A stretch of DNA of 64,000 nt from an uncultured Candidatus Saccharibacteria bacterium (GCA_964471165.1 CAYYEX010000002.1:124965-188964), one strand, 5' to 3'. Shown: positions 47,802 to 59,023, numbered from the stretch's first letter. Numbers and translations: made by a program. Notes: generated from the letters alone by a model not told the origin.

Positions 47802-48254
47802 ATGTACCTCAATAAGGCAATGTTGTTCGGCAATTTGACGCGCGATCCTGAATTGCGCGCGCTTCCGAGCGGCATGAACGTCTGCAATTTCTCTGTTGCA
47901 ACGAATCGCACCTACAAAGACCGCGATGGAAAAAAGCAGGAGCAGACGGATTTTCACAATGTCGTTGTTTTCGGCCGCACGGCCGACACGGTCAACCAGT
48001 ACCTTAAGAAGGGGAGCTCGGTGTACGTCGAAGGCCGCATGCAGACACGAAGCTGGGAACAGAATGGCGAAAAGAAATACCGAACTGAAGTTATTGCAGA
48101 TACGGTACAATTTGGTCCGCGTTCATCCGGTGGTGGTGCAGGGGCAGCGAGTTCACGCCAGCAGCCAGATGATATGCAGGACGCCCCGCCGCCCGCAGGA
48201 CCCGGCATTGATTACCCGAAAGACGATATTAACCCGGACGATATTCCGTTCTAA
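47802..48254 (+). CDS. ssb: single-stranded DNA-binding protein
   Basis: MYLNKAMLFGNLTRDPELR OB fold, Gly-rich tail ending DDIPF. Confidence 0.9.
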   Translation: MYLNKAMLFGNLTRDPELRALPSGMNVCNFSVATNRTYKDRDGKKQEQTDFHNVVVFGRTADTVNQYLKKGSSVYVEGRMQTRSWEQNGEKKYRTEVIADTVQFGPRSSGGGAGAASSRQQPDDMQDAPPPAGPGIDYPKDDINPDDIPF

Positions 48255-48264
48255 ATAAAAAAGT

Positions 48265-48468
48265 ATGAGCCAGACAAACATTTTGACGCAGAATGACATC
48301 CAGCACGTGGACTATAAGGACATCGACCTGCTCAAGCAGTTCGTAAATCCGCACGGTCGCGTAATGGGACGCAAGCGAACCGGCCTCACCGCAAAGCAGC
48401 AGCGTGCTGTAGAAGCGGCGGTCAAACGCGCACGATTCATGGGGCTTCTGCCTTACATCCAAAAGTAA
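48265..48468 (+). CDS. rpsR: 30S ribosomal protein S18
   Basis: DYKDIDLLKQFVNPHGRVMGRKRTGLTAKQQRAVEAAVKRARFMGLLPY. Confidence 0.9.
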   Translation: MSQTNILTQNDIQHVDYKDIDLLKQFVNPHGRVMGRKRTGLTAKQQRAVEAAVKRARFMGLLPYIQK

Positions 48469-48480
48469 AACTTCAAAACA

Positions 48481-48514
48481 AAAAGCCCAGGGGAAACCCG
48501 GGGCTTTTTGTTTA
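48481..48514. terminator. bidirectional intrinsic terminator between rpsR and efp
   Basis: AAAAGCCCAGGGG-AAA-CCCGGGGCTTTTTG. Confidence 0.8.
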
Positions 48515-48520
48515 AGAGAT

Positions 48521-49093
48521 TTACTTACCTACGCGTTCCACGTAATCGCCGGTCTGAGTATTGATGCGGATGATGTCGCCGGTCTCCACGAACATTGGCA
48601 CTGTAATCGCAGCACCTGTTTCAAGCTGCACGAGCTTGTTGCCGCCCTGTGCGGTGTTGCCACGTGTATTTGGGGGAGCATCAGTCACTTTAAGGTCTAC
48701 TTTAATCGGCATAGTCACTTGGATTGGCTTTTCGTCGAACCATTTCACTTCGACTTCAGTATTCGGCTTGAGCCATTTGCTCTCGTCGCCGATACGCTCC
48801 GCTGTAAGAGTAAAGCGTTTCGACTTATCTTTGGTTTCGTGGAAGAACCACTCGCCATTTCGTTCGTAGATGAACATCGCGGTGCGATTCTCGATATCCG
48901 CTTCTTCTACTTTGTCGGAGACATGGAATGTGTGTTCCGCCATTCCGCCGGACTTAAGATTGCGAAGCTTTACCTGGTTCACCGGCTTGCGCTGCTGCTT
49001 GCGGAATACCCATGCAGAGAGCACTTCGTACGGTTCGTCGTCGATGAGGATAATCCTCTTTGGGAGGACTTCGTTGTATGCGAGCATTGCCAT
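48521..49093 (-). CDS. efp: elongation factor P
   Basis: three OB/KOW-like domains, 190 aa, N-terminal loop KQQRKP region. Confidence 0.85.
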   Translation of the reverse strand: MAMLAYNEVLPKRIILIDDEPYEVLSAWVFRKQQRKPVNQVKLRNLKSGGMAEHTFHVSDKVEEADIENRTAMFIYERNGEWFFHETKDKSKRFTLTAERIGDESKWLKPNTEVEVKWFDEKPIQVTMPIKVDLKVTDAPPNTRGNTAQGGNKLVQLETGAAITVPMFVETGDIIRINTQTGDYVERVGK

Positions 49094-49168
49094 AGTTCGA
49101 GCATTGTAGCCAAAAAATAAACCTTGTCCATCAGATTATGACCCGCTGAATTAAAGTTTGTCGGGCTG

Positions 49169-50239
49169 TTATTCGTCTGCAGAGCCACCCGAACTCTTTG
49201 AGCTCATGCCGGTTTCTGCCAATTGTTTCTTGATGTCTTTGAGCAGCTGATTGATGACTGGCTTGTTCTCTCGCAGGAACGTGCGTGCCGCATCGTACCC
49301 TCGGCCAAGTTTCATATCCCCGATAGTGTAGGAACCGCCGGAAGATTTTTGCACGAGTCCGAGCTTCTCACCGAGTGCGAGCGCCTCACCTTCGCGAGAG
49401 ATTCCTTCGCCGTACATCATGTCGAACTCAACTGCGCGGAATGGTGCAGCAACTTTATTCTTTACGATTTTCACTCGGTGGCGGCCACCCATTGTTTCGT
49501 CTCCCTTTTTAATTTGTGCAATTCGTCGAATATCGATACGAACCGACGTGTAGAACTTAAGCGCCTTACCGCCAGTCGTAGTTTCAGGGTTTCCAAACAT
49601 GACGCCGATTTGCATGCGAATCTGGTTAATGAAAATGACCACGGTTTTCGTTTTACTCACGATTGCAGTCAATTTGCGAAGCGCCTGCGACATAAGGCGC
49701 GCCTGCTTGCCTACATGCGACTGGCCCATGTCTCCCTCGATTTCGTCTTTTGGTGTGAGTGCTGCCACGGAGTCGATTACGATAATGTCGATTTTGCCGG
49801 AACGCACGAGACTCTCCACGATTTCGAGGGCCTGTTCACCAGTGTCTGGTTGCGAGACGAGGAGTGTTGCAATATCGACACCGATTTTTTTGGCATATTC
49901 AGGGTCGAGCGCATGCTCGGCGTCGATGAACGCGCAGATACCACCTTTCTTTTGTGCTTCTGCAATGGCATGGAGTGAGAGTGTTGTTTTGCCCGACGAC
50001 TCAGGCCCGAAGATTTCGATGATGCGTCCGCGGGGGATACCACCAATACCAAGTGCCCAATCCACGCCGATTGACCCGGTAGGAATCGCATTCACGTCCA
50101 CCTTCGGGGTGGCACCCAACATCATTATTGAATCGTCACCAAACTTCGTCTTAATGTCAGACAATGCCCGCTCGATGTCTTTGTCAGTGCCGGTGCCTGT
50201 TTCCTTGAGTACTTTCGTCTTTTTCGCTCCGAATGCCAT
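49169..50239 (-). CDS. recA: recombinase RecA
   Basis: Walker [11 protein letters not shown]1/L2 loop region and C-terminal domain; 356 aa. Confidence 0.95.
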   Translation of the reverse strand: MAFGAKKTKVLKETGTGTDKDIERALSDIKTKFGDDSIMMLGATPKVDVNAIPTGSIGVDWALGIGGIPRGRIIEIFGPESSGKTTLSLHAIAEAQKKGGICAFIDAEHALDPEYAKKIGVDIATLLVSQPDTGEQALEIVESLVRSGKIDIIVIDSVAALTPKDEIEGDMGQSHVGKQARLMSQALRKLTAIVSKTKTVVIFINQIRMQIGVMFGNPETTTGGKALKFYTSVRIDIRRIAQIKKGDETMGGRHRVKIVKNKVAAPFRAVEFDMMYGEGISREGEALALGEKLGLVQKSSGGSYTIGDMKLGRGYDAARTFLRENKPVINQLLKDIKKQLAETGMSSKSSGGSADE

Positions 50240-50278
50240 ATCGTTGTCGTTCTATCAGGATAATGAGGAAAGTATACC

Positions 50279-50701
50279 TTACGGGGTTTGAGAGCTTGTG
50301 GATGAGGTATCTGGGCTCGAAGTGGCGGTAGGAGCCACGCGTTTGGGAGCATTGGGGTCCGGCGTGTAAACGATTTCAACGATTTGCTGCGTTTTTCTAC
50401 CGTAGCGGTCGGTTGCGTCGAGCATGATGCGGTTGAGTCCGGGGGAGAGGAGGTAGGGTTCGTTATATGCTCCGTCCTCAGTAACCGAAATCGGTCTGCC
50501 ATTCATTGATAGCTCGGCGATTCGCTCGGCCTTTCCCTGTATGGCTATGTATGGGTCGGTAACAACAGTCTGACCCGAGACTACCTGTATGTTTGGGCCG
50601 TAGAGCACGCCGCGGGCTTCGAAATAGGCGTAGCCAACAATCAGCAGAAAGAAAAGTATGATGGCTACACGGGTGATTCTGCTATCTCGGTAGGGCAACA
50701 T
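50279..50701 (-). CDS. membrane-anchored hypothetical protein (140 aa)
   Basis: internal ATG 4 nt after ftsK stop; TM VAIILFFLLIVGYAYF. Confidence 0.5.
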   Translation of the reverse strand: MLPYRDSRITRVAIILFFLLIVGYAYFEARGVLYGPNIQVVSGQTVVTDPYIAIQGKAERIAELSMNGRPISVTEDGAYNEPYLLSPGLNRIMLDATDRYGRKTQQIVEIVYTPDPNAPKRVAPTATSSPDTSSTSSQTP

Positions 50702-50705
50702 AACC

Positions 50706-52955
50706 CTAGTTCTCGCGCGGGTCGTCCACAAACACTTCCTCGCCTTCAATCGGTTCCTTCGCGAGTTCGTCTGCGTTGCCTGCTCCAATGATTTCTCGCG
50801 GCTTCGCACCATCTGCCGGACCGATAACACCGCGCTCCTCAAGGATGTCCATAAGTTTAGCGGCGCGCGCGTAGCCTACACCAAGTTTTCGCTGCAGATA
50901 CGATGTTGATGCCTTGCCCGCCTCAATAACAGTGCGTTTGGCGTCTTGGTAGAGCTCGTCATCATCCTCTTCGCTATCGTGCCCAATCATCGACGAGAAT
51001 ATAGCATCTGTGCCACCTGCAACTTTGTCCGCCATATCAATTGTGGTGGCGAGCGTTGGTTCATTGTGCTTGGCGATGTAGGCAACAATGTTCTTTACCT
51101 CTGCTTCAGAAATATACGGCGCCTGCACACGGTTTGGTTTCGACATTTCTCCGGAGAGGAACAGCATATCGCCGGCTCCAAGGAGGGACTCGGCACCGCC
51201 CATATCCAAAATGGTGCGTGAATCGATTTGCGACGACACTTGCAGTGCGATGCGAGCCGGGATATTTGCCTTAATCAAGCCCGTAATCACTTTCACCGAT
51301 GGCCGCTGAGTAGAAAGTATCAGGTGAATACCCACAGCACGGCTCATTTGTGCAAGGCGCACAATGCCGCCTTCGAGCTCGCGCGGGTATGCGGTCATAA
51401 TATCGGCGAGTTCGTCGATAATAAGCACAATATAGGGCATTGCTTCCGGCATGGGCAATCCATCCTGTGGCCCTTTTTCAAGTGCCGGTTTCAAAATGGT
51501 GTCGTGATACGAACCGATGTCGCGCACGCGTTCCGCTTCGAGAATGTTGTAGCGCCGTTCCATTTCCTTTGCGAGCCACTTGAGTGCAAGAATCGCTTTT
51601 TTTGCATCTGTGATAACCGGTGTGAGGAGGTGGGGGATAGGGTTATAGAGGGTGAGTTCCACCCGCTTCGGATCCACCATGATAAAGCGGAGTCGCTCCG
51701 GTCCGCAGCGATACAAAAGCGAAACCACGATGTCGTGAATGGTAACCGACTTACCGGCTCCGGTGGTGCCCGCAACAAGCATGTGTGGCATGCGTGCCAA
51801 ATCGGCGTACTGGGGCGCGCCCGTAATGGTGCGCCCGAGTGCTATCAAAAGTGATTTGTCGGAGCTCGTGAAGCCTTCGTCGGAAACAAGCGGGCCCATG
51901 CCGAGCGTTGTGCGAGAAATATTTGGCACTTCGATGCCAACGAGCGACTTGCCTGGAATTGGTGCCTCAATGCGAACAGGGGATGCGGCGAGTGCGAGCT
52001 CGAGGTTGCTCTGTAGGGCAACAATCTTCGCGAGTCGCACACCTTCTGCCGGTTTCATTGAGTAGCGTGTAACGGTAGGGCCAATATTTGCCTCATCCAT
52101 TTCCACTTGAATACCAAAGTTCAAGAGCGTGCGCTTGATGATGTTCATGTTGGCTTTCACATCGCCAACTTCTGGCTTGCCTTTGTTTTTTGCAAGCAGG
52201 GATGCTGGCGGCGGTGTATAGGTGCTGCCAGTTGCCGCAATAATAGGGAAGCCACCTTCGTCGTTCACTTTGTCGGAGAACTTTTTGATTTCGGGCTCCT
52301 TCTCTTTTTTCACTGCCGCCTCCGGCATTGTTGCTGGCTCATCGTGATCTGGTTCCACAGTCATGCCGGTAACAGGCACGTCATCGAGTGCTACGGGCAC
52401 GAGCGCACCGTCGTATTCAGGGACTGTAAGCAATCCTTTGAACCAGCGTACAACTTCGCCCAAGTGAATATCAAATGCAATGACGAGCGCCATAATCACA
52501 AACGCGAGAAGGAATATAACCGTCGCAATCGTATCCACCGCAGCTACAATCGGGGCCGAAACCGCGTCTCCCAAAATGCCGCCCGCCATCGGGTAGGCCA
52601 ACGCAATGAGTCCCAAACCTGAAAGAAGAAATATCGCCATCGAAACCACATGCACCCACGAAACACTTCGTTCTAGTGAGCGAAAAATCAACACAGCGAG
52701 CATGACCATTGAAAGTGGAAGTAATAGATACCCCACGCCGAATAGCCACGAGAGCCCGTTGTAAAGCGCTGCTCCTGCCGTGCCTCCTACCCCGATGAGA
52801 GCAAGTAGCAGGAACCCGGAAATCGCAAACAAGAAAATGGCAATCACCCCACGGAGTGCCTCGCTACTAATGACACGCATTGGGGCCTCGGAATCGTCAC
52901 CCTTTTTCTTTCCATTCTTTCGGGGCTTATCTTTGCCGCGATCTTTCATGGGCAC
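50706..52955 (-). CDS. ftsK: DNA translocase FtsK/SpoIIIE
   Basis: 4 N-terminal TM helices, Walker A VAGTTGAGKSV, Walker B IVLIIDELAD, C-terminal winged-helix gamma domain. Confidence 0.9.
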   Translation of the reverse strand: MPMKDRGKDKPRKNGKKKGDDSEAPMRVISSEALRGVIAIFLFAISGFLLLALIGVGGTAGAALYNGLSWLFGVGYLLLPLSMVMLAVLIFRSLERSVSWVHVVSMAIFLLSGLGLIALAYPMAGGILGDAVSAPIVAAVDTIATVIFLLAFVIMALVIAFDIHLGEVVRWFKGLLTVPEYDGALVPVALDDVPVTGMTVEPDHDEPATMPEAAVKKEKEPEIKKFSDKVNDEGGFPIIAATGSTYTPPPASLLAKNKGKPEVGDVKANMNIIKRTLLNFGIQVEMDEANIGPTVTRYSMKPAEGVRLAKIVALQSNLELALAASPVRIEAPIPGKSLVGIEVPNISRTTLGMGPLVSDEGFTSSDKSLLIALGRTITGAPQYADLARMPHMLVAGTTGAGKSVTIHDIVVSLLYRCGPERLRFIMVDPKRVELTLYNPIPHLLTPVITDAKKAILALKWLAKEMERRYNILEAERVRDIGSYHDTILKPALEKGPQDGLPMPEAMPYIVLIIDELADIMTAYPRELEGGIVRLAQMSRAVGIHLILSTQRPSVKVITGLIKANIPARIALQVSSQIDSRTILDMGGAESLLGAGDMLFLSGEMSKPNRVQAPYISEAEVKNIVAYIAKHNEPTLATTIDMADKVAGGTDAIFSSMIGHDSEEDDDELYQDAKRTVIEAGKASTSYLQRKLGVGYARAAKLMDILEERGVIGPADGAKPREIIGAGNADELAKEPIEGEEVFVDDPREN

Positions 52956-53135
52956 ATCATATCACGCGCTGCTGTACGTAAGACAGAAAAAAGCGAGCGA
53001 TTGAGCCATGCAAACGGCATCGGACAAACCCCGTGCAGGAGTGAGTGCGTCAAAGTTTGCGTTTTCACCCGTCCTTTATATAATCGCCATGCGTTTCAGA
53101 TGTCCAATATCTATATAGGACATTAGAATCCCAAA

Positions 53136-53915
53136 ATGGACGACCAAAAAGACATACAAAAGACAGAAAACCTTGGAAAGTTTTTCGACTCACAAAATGT
53201 CCGTGTGAGTCCTTTTGGTGACAACCGCGCGGCCGATAGAGCATACCGTCGTGCAGAACGAATCGCCGCTGCGGTCCACTTGCTCACGAATCATATCGAT
53301 GAAAACGAACCCGTCCGTCATGCGGCGCGAAAGGAATCGATGAGCCTCCTTGCGGCAATGCTCGGTGTTCGCGATGATATGCGCGCATCAAACTCCAGCG
53401 GCGTTGTTTCCGTTATATCCTCGATTCGTCACAACATATCCCTTGTCCGAATGCTTGCGATTTCTGGATTTGCGTCAACACAAAATGTGAACGCTATTGT
53501 GGAAGCTCTTGATGAGCTTGGTAACTTTATGCAGGCATCGCAACGCACAAATTTCTCGGAAAGTGTTGTTATTACCCGTGACGAGCTGCTCGACGTGGGG
53601 GCATCAACGGTTCGGGGAGCGACCGTTATAGTAAAAGACGTAAAAGACAATCGGCCTGTGCAACAGGAGTCACGCGCAAGCGGTGTCGTTTCTGAGGCTA
53701 TGAGACCGCAGAACACAAATGGACAAACGAGTGTTCGCACACAGAGCATATTGGAAATACTCAAATCGACCGGTTCCATGGGAATTAAGGACATTTGTTC
53801 AAACTTGCCCGAATATAGCGAGAAAATGATACAGCGTGAGCTTCTGACCCTGGTTTCAGATGGCAGGGTAGTGAAAACCGGCCTCAAGCGCTGGTCACGC
53901 TACAGCGTGGCCTAA
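53136..53915 (+). CDS. hypothetical protein with C-terminal winged-helix DNA-binding domain
   Basis: ILEILKSTGSMGIKDICSNLPEYSEKMIQRELLTLVSDGRVVKTG. Confidence 0.5.
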   Translation: MDDQKDIQKTENLGKFFDSQNVRVSPFGDNRAADRAYRRAERIAAAVHLLTNHIDENEPVRHAARKESMSLLAAMLGVRDDMRASNSSGVVSVISSIRHNISLVRMLAISGFASTQNVNAIVEALDELGNFMQASQRTNFSESVVITRDELLDVGASTVRGATVIVKDVKDNRPVQQESRASGVVSEAMRPQNTNGQTSVRTQSILEILKSTGSMGIKDICSNLPEYSEKMIQRELLTLVSDGRVVKTGLKRWSRYSVA

Positions 53916-54520
53916 TAGTGGTCCATATTCCAACATGAAATGAATGGGGTGGACAAACGTCATCTCAATTGACTCCCAGGGGTCAGTGAAGTATTCTGCC
54001 CCGGTAACTTGGGCTATGGATTTCGGCTTGAAATGAGGCCGCAATTCAGACAAAAGTAGTCACAAGTTATCCACAAAACGGAGTTTTGCTCAGACAGGCG
54101 TATTCAGGCTTCCAGTATATAATTGTGCGGACGCATATTCCATGCGTCGCACAGGGAAGCGAAAGCGCTCGCTGTGTCGCTCTTTGACATTTAAATATTG
54201 AATACAAATTCTGGTGATCGCATCACCACCTTTCGTGACGCCTGAATATATGTACGGGTGCTCATGAATTTCGAATTTCGTCGTTACTGATTCTCCCGAC
54301 AGGATTGAAACGCTGTACGACACTTCCTTCTCGCTGCTACTCTCTTGGCTCCGCGTCGACTAATTAGCAAGGGGCTTAGAGTTAGCAAATACATTATTAG
54401 TGGACACTCTATTAATAGAGGGTTCGCAAAAAAACGTACGGGTATTCACGTCGAATGAATACGTGTACGGTTCCGTCCATTCTTTTTGGATGCGCGGAAT
54501 ACAAAGGTCAAACAATAACT

Positions 54521-57500
54521 ATGAGTAAAGCATTAGCAACAAAGAATGTTGCGGCAGTGCTCTTGGGCATCGGTATGATCCTTTCGGTTTTCGCTTTCGC
54601 TACACCAGCTAAGGCAGACACCGCATCGGACCTCCAGGCTCAGATCAACGCATTGCTCGCACAAATCTCTGCACTTCAGGGCGGCGCTTCAAGCGCAGCT
54701 TGCTTCACGTTCACTCAGAACCTCAAATTGGGTTCTAAGGGAGCAGAAGTAATGAACTTGCAGAAATTCCTTAACAGCATGTCCGACACCAAGGTATCCG
54801 TAAGCGGAGCTGGCTCACCGGGCAACGAGACATCGACATTCGGTCCGGCTACGAAAGCAGCTGTGATCAAGTTCCAGAACAAGTATGCAGCTGACATCCT
54901 CACTCCGAACGGACTCACTGCAGGTAATGGTAACTTCTTCGCATCGTCACGCGCTAAGGCAAACAGCCTCTGCGTAACGACACCGACAACGCCGACGACT
55001 CCGGGTACAACCCCAGGCACCCTCGCGGTGACTGCAGGTTCACAGCCGGCTAACTCGCTCGCACCAGCAGGTTCTGCTCGTGTCCCATTCACTAACTTCA
55101 CACTCACGAACACTTCGGGGTCTGCAGTTACAGTGACTGGTGTCACAGTAACCCGCACGGGTCTCGCAGCTGATGGCGCATTCGCAGGTGTAGTTCTTCT
55201 CGATCAGAACGGTCTCCAGATTGGAACACCGCGCACGTTCGACACGAACCACATGGCGACAATTGGCGAAACGATGACACTTCAGGCTGGTCAGTCAATG
55301 ACCTTCACTGTTGCTGGAAACATGGCTACTCCTCTCACCAGCTACGCTGGTCAGGTAGCTGCTCTCCAGGTCACCGCAATCCAGACGTCGAGCACAATCT
55401 CCGGTTCTCTCCCAATCTCGGGTGCTAACCAGACGATCAACTCTTCGCTCGCTATCGGTACGGCAACAGTTATGACATCGTCGTTCGACCCTGATTCCAA
55501 TCAGACGAAGAACATCGGTGACACAGCTGTGAAGTTCTCAGGTGTCCGCATCACTGCGGGTTCAGCTGAAGACGTCCGCCTCTTCTCAGTTCGATGGCGC
55601 CTGAACGGCTCCGCGAGCTCGGGAGACATCTCCAACGTTATGACAGTCATCAACGGCACGAGCTACCCAACGGTTCTCTCTGCTGATGGCCGCTACTACA
55701 CGACTACGGTCTCAGGTGGCGTTCTCATGACGAAGGGCAACTCTGCCGATGTATACGTACAGGGTGACATCACGGGTACGAACTCGAACTCTCGAGTAAT
55801 CGAATTCGACATTGATCGTCAGTCAGACATCTACATCGTCGGTCAGACATACGGCTACGGCATCACGCCAACCGCGTCTGAAACACTTACGGCAGCAGCT
55901 ACGGGCAACCACGGCTCTACGTTCGTAGGTTCTGGCAGCGTTTCTTCGCAGCCGTTCTTCCAGGGCTCAACCGTTAACGTAATCGGTTCGTCGGTAACGA
56001 CAATCGCTCGCGCAACGGAAGTTCCTGCAGCGAACATTGCAATCAACGTCCCAGGCCAGGTACTCGGCGGCTTCGTAGCAGACATCAAGGGTGAAGCACT
56101 CACGATTCAAACTCTGAGCGTTTACGCTGTCGGTGTTGCTACAGGAACAACCAACCAGCTCACAAACGTCACCCTCGTCAACGACGCAGGTGTCGTAGTA
56201 GCAGGTCCGGTTGACGCATCTGCAGGCTTGATCACGTTCAACAACTCGATCACGCTCTCGTCAGGTCGTCATGTCTACACCATCAAGGGAACTGTCCCAA
56301 CAGGTACGTCTAACGGCGGTACCTTCACCCTCAACACGACTCCGTCGGGTTGGACAGGTGTAACGGGTCAAACAACAGGAAACACAGTAACGATTTCGCA
56401 GGGGAACTTCACCATGAACACGATGACTGTTCGCGGTGCACGACTCAACATCACAGCAGCAGCTCAGCCTGCAGCTCAGACAATCGTTGCCGGTGGTTCT
56501 GCAGTCCTTCTTGCGAACATCCAGCTCGACGCATCGCAGTCGGGTGAAGACATCCGCATGAACCAGCTTCCGGTCAACTTCACGAACGTCACAGGCGCAA
56601 GCTCGTGCCAGCTCTGGAATGGATCGACAGCAATCAACACCGGTTCCAACACCGTTAACCCGGCTGGTACTGGTATCACGAACTTCACGTTCGATAACTC
56701 ACTCACAATTCCTAAGGGAACTGTTGTGACGTTGTCACTGAAGTGCAACCTCTCGTCGTCAGCAACCGGTACATACATCACCGGTGTTATCACGAGCGGC
56801 ACACAGACGTACACCGCAACCGGCGTACAGTCTGGCAACTCGTTGACTAACAACACCACTCTCACTGCAACTACCTCGAATAGCGGTACGCAGACGATTG
56901 GTACGAGCTCGCTCGCAGTTACCACATCTCCGTCATCTCCTTCATACGCATATGCGTCTGGTGGTACTACGAATGTGACAATCGGCGCGCTCCAGCTCCG
57001 AGCATCTGGTGAAGACCAGACACTCACTGAGCTTGGTCTCGTTGGCTCTGCTTCAATCGACTCAGACGTCCTCCAGGCTACAATCTGGAACGGCGCAACT
57101 CAGGTTGGAACAGTTACCTTCGTTTCTGGCACCACAGCCGCAACGTCGACACTCTCGACACCGGTAGCGCTTGCTAAGGACACGGATGTTACCCTCACAA
57201 TCAAGGTCAACGTTGCTAACGTTGGTGTTGGTCAGTCAGGAACTCCGGGTGACCTCGTTCAGGTTAACTTCCAGGGCGCTAAGTCCACGGGTGTAAACTC
57301 TGGCAACACGATCTACGCAACCGGCAGCTCGTCTGTCGCCGGCGTACGCATCGAACGCTCTTACCCAACGCTCGCTCTCGTAAGCCTCGGCTCAACGGGT
57401 GCAGCAGACGGTAAGCTCATCCGCTTCTCTGTCACTGCAAACGCAGCTGGCACGATCGGCGTTGAGCAGTTCGCCTTCTCGATCGCAAGCTCGACAGGCG

Positions 57501-57913
57501 TAACGGTCAACAACATCATTCTCTACGCTTACACAGATTCTGGCTTCTCAAGCCCAGTATCAAGCGCAGCTTCTGGTCAGTTGAACGCAACAGGTATGTT
57601 TGCTAGCGGCTCGGTTAAGATCACCACGGACAACGTCACGGGTGGTGTTCTCCAGGTTCCAGCTGGTCAGACCTACTACTTCGAACTCCGCGCTACTGTA
57701 GCGGGTATCCAGACAGGCTCGTCAATCACGACGACTCTCCTCGGCGACTCTGCTTACCAGCGCGCAGCGACAAGCACCCTCAACTCTGCACGTAACTTCG
57801 TATGGTCGCCAAACTCGACGACCACTACATCGTTCGCTGGCTCTGACTTCTCGTCAGGCTTCGGAGTCCCAGGCCTCCCAGCTTCGGGTCTCACGCAGAC
57901 GCGAAACCAGTAA
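54521..57913 (+). CDS. giant Thr/Ser/Gly-rich cell-surface protein with N-terminal peptidoglycan-binding domain (S-layer/adhesin-like)
   Basis: signal anchor MSKALATKNVAAVLLGIGMILSVFAFATPAKA; PG_binding_1-like GSKGAEVMNLQKFL...FGPATKAAVIKFQ...GLTAGNG; >1000 aa beta-rich low-complexity ectodomain. Confidence 0.7.
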   Translation: MSKALATKNVAAVLLGIGMILSVFAFATPAKADTASDLQAQINALLAQISALQGGASSAACFTFTQNLKLGSKGAEVMNLQKFLNSMSDTKVSVSGAGSPGNETSTFGPATKAAVIKFQNKYAADILTPNGLTAGNGNFFASSRAKANSLCVTTPTTPTTPGTTPGTLAVTAGSQPANSLAPAGSARVPFTNFTLTNTSGSAVTVTGVTVTRTGLAADGAFAGVVLLDQNGLQIGTPRTFDTNHMATIGETMTLQAGQSMTFTVAGNMATPLTSYAGQVAALQVTAIQTSSTISGSLPISGANQTINSSLAIGTATVMTSSFDPDSNQTKNIGDTAVKFSGVRITAGSAEDVRLFSVRWRLNGSASSGDISNVMTVINGTSYPTVLSADGRYYTTTVSGGVLMTKGNSADVYVQGDITGTNSNSRVIEFDIDRQSDIYIVGQTYGYGITPTASETLTAAATGNHGSTFVGSGSVSSQPFFQGSTVNVIGSSVTTIARATEVPAANIAINVPGQVLGGFVADIKGEALTIQTLSVYAVGVATGTTNQLTNVTLVNDAGVVVAGPVDASAGLITFNNSITLSSGRHVYTIKGTVPTGTSNGGTFTLNTTPSGWTGVTGQTTGNTVTISQGNFTMNTMTVRGARLNITAAAQPAAQTIVAGGSAVLLANIQLDASQSGEDIRMNQLPVNFTNVTGASSCQLWNGSTAINTGSNTVNPAGTGITNFTFDNSLTIPKGTVVTLSLKCNLSSSATGTYITGVITSGTQTYTATGVQSGNSLTNNTTLTATTSNSGTQTIGTSSLAVTTSPSSPSYAYASGGTTNVTIGALQLRASGEDQTLTELGLVGSASIDSDVLQATIWNGATQVGTVTFVSGTTAATSTLSTPVALAKDTDVTLTIKVNVANVGVGQSGTPGDLVQVNFQGAKSTGVNSGNTIYATGSSSVAGVRIERSYPTLALVSLGSTGAADGKLIRFSVTANAAGTIGVEQFAFSIASSTGVTVNNIILYAYTDSGFSSPVSSAASGQLNATGMFASGSVKITTDNVTGGVLQVPAGQTYYFELRATVAGIQTGSSITTTLLGDSAYQRAATSTLNSARNFVWSPNSTTTTSFAGSDFSSGFGVPGLPASGLTQTRNQ

Positions 57914-57967
57914 TTCCTCTAGGAATTACCTGATATGACTTCACCGAGCTTCGGCTCGCGGTCATAG

Positions 57968-58006
57968 ACAAAGCCCCCTCTCCGCAAGGAGAGGGGGCTT
58001 TTGTTA
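57968..58006 (+). terminator. strong intrinsic terminator after surface-protein gene
   Basis: AAAGCCCCCTCTCC-GCAA-GGAGAGGGGGCTTTTGTT. Confidence 0.9.
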
Positions 58007-58055
58007 TGGCGATTTGTCAGCACAGTAAGGGCTGCAAAACCATTCCGTCTCATGT

Positions 58056-58895
58056 ATGATGGCCCGCATGAACCGAACCACACTTTCAGCAACTGCATTT
58101 CTGGTGCTCGCCGTTGCAATTATCGCTGCAGGCTACCTGTATCAAAATCGCTCCGACTTACTTGCTCGAATATCGGCCCCAGTGGAAGCCGTTGCCACAT
58201 CCTCACAAAATGCAGCATTCGCAATCACGGGGCAGAATGCCGCAGATGAACGCGGCTCCACCAGCATCATTCCGCTCGCGAGCACCGACGCTTCGATACA
58301 GATGCCGGACTACAAGCGCCCGCTCACGTTTCCAAAAAGCACCACACTCAACGCCGAGGCACAGGCAGCGCTTTTGAAAAGTTATGCAAAAACGCAGGCG
58401 GTCGTTATCAAAGACCCAATGCAGTTCAACGAATGGATTTTCCTCGGCAACGACCATCTCATTGCAGGGAACTTCACAATCGCACAGGAGTACTGGGAAT
58501 ACGCATCACTCCGCTGGCCAACGAACCAGGCATCGTTCAACAACTTGGGCGACCTCTATATGAATTACCTCAAGGACTACCCAAAGGCCGAAAAGAATTG
58601 GTTGCAGGGAATGAAAAACAAATCGAATGACCCCGGTGTATACGCCAACCTCTTCTCGCTCTACTCCAACACTTCGTACAAACCATCAAACACCGCAGCT
58701 GAAGACATTCTCAAAAAGGGAATAGTAGCCAACCCGCGCGCAGTCGACTTGCAGTACTTGCTCGCGCAGTACTACAAAAAGCTCGGCCGCACCGCGGACG
58801 CGCAGGCTATGTTCACAGCAGCCGCGGACAACGCAACGCGCCAAGGTCAGACCGCCCTCGCCGTCCAAATCAAACTCGACGCCGCCAAGAAGTAG
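58056..58895 (+). CDS. membrane-anchored TPR-repeat protein
   Basis: N-terminal TM ATAFLVLAVAIIAAGYLY; TPR-like helical repeats (AQEYWEYASLRWPTNQASFNNLGDLYMNYLKDY...). Confidence 0.6.
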   Translation: MMARMNRTTLSATAFLVLAVAIIAAGYLYQNRSDLLARISAPVEAVATSSQNAAFAITGQNAADERGSTSIIPLASTDASIQMPDYKRPLTFPKSTTLNAEAQAALLKSYAKTQAVVIKDPMQFNEWIFLGNDHLIAGNFTIAQEYWEYASLRWPTNQASFNNLGDLYMNYLKDYPKAEKNWLQGMKNKSNDPGVYANLFSLYSNTSYKPSNTAAEDILKKGIVANPRAVDLQYLLAQYYKKLGRTADAQAMFTAAADNATRQGQTALAVQIKLDAAKK

Positions 58896-58925
58896 GGAAG
58901 TATTAGGGAAGGGCCTGTCCCAACC

Positions 58926-58960
58926 AAAGCAAAAGTCGCCCTTTGGGCGACTTTTGCTTT
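58926..58960. terminator. terminator-like hairpin after TPR gene
   Basis: AGCAAAAGTCGCCC-TTTG-GGCGACTTTTGCTTT. Confidence 0.6.
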
Positions 58961-59023
58961 ACAAGCGTTTACACGTCCACTTCGTACATTCACAGATGCC
59001 TTTACGCACTCTGTGTTCACTCA

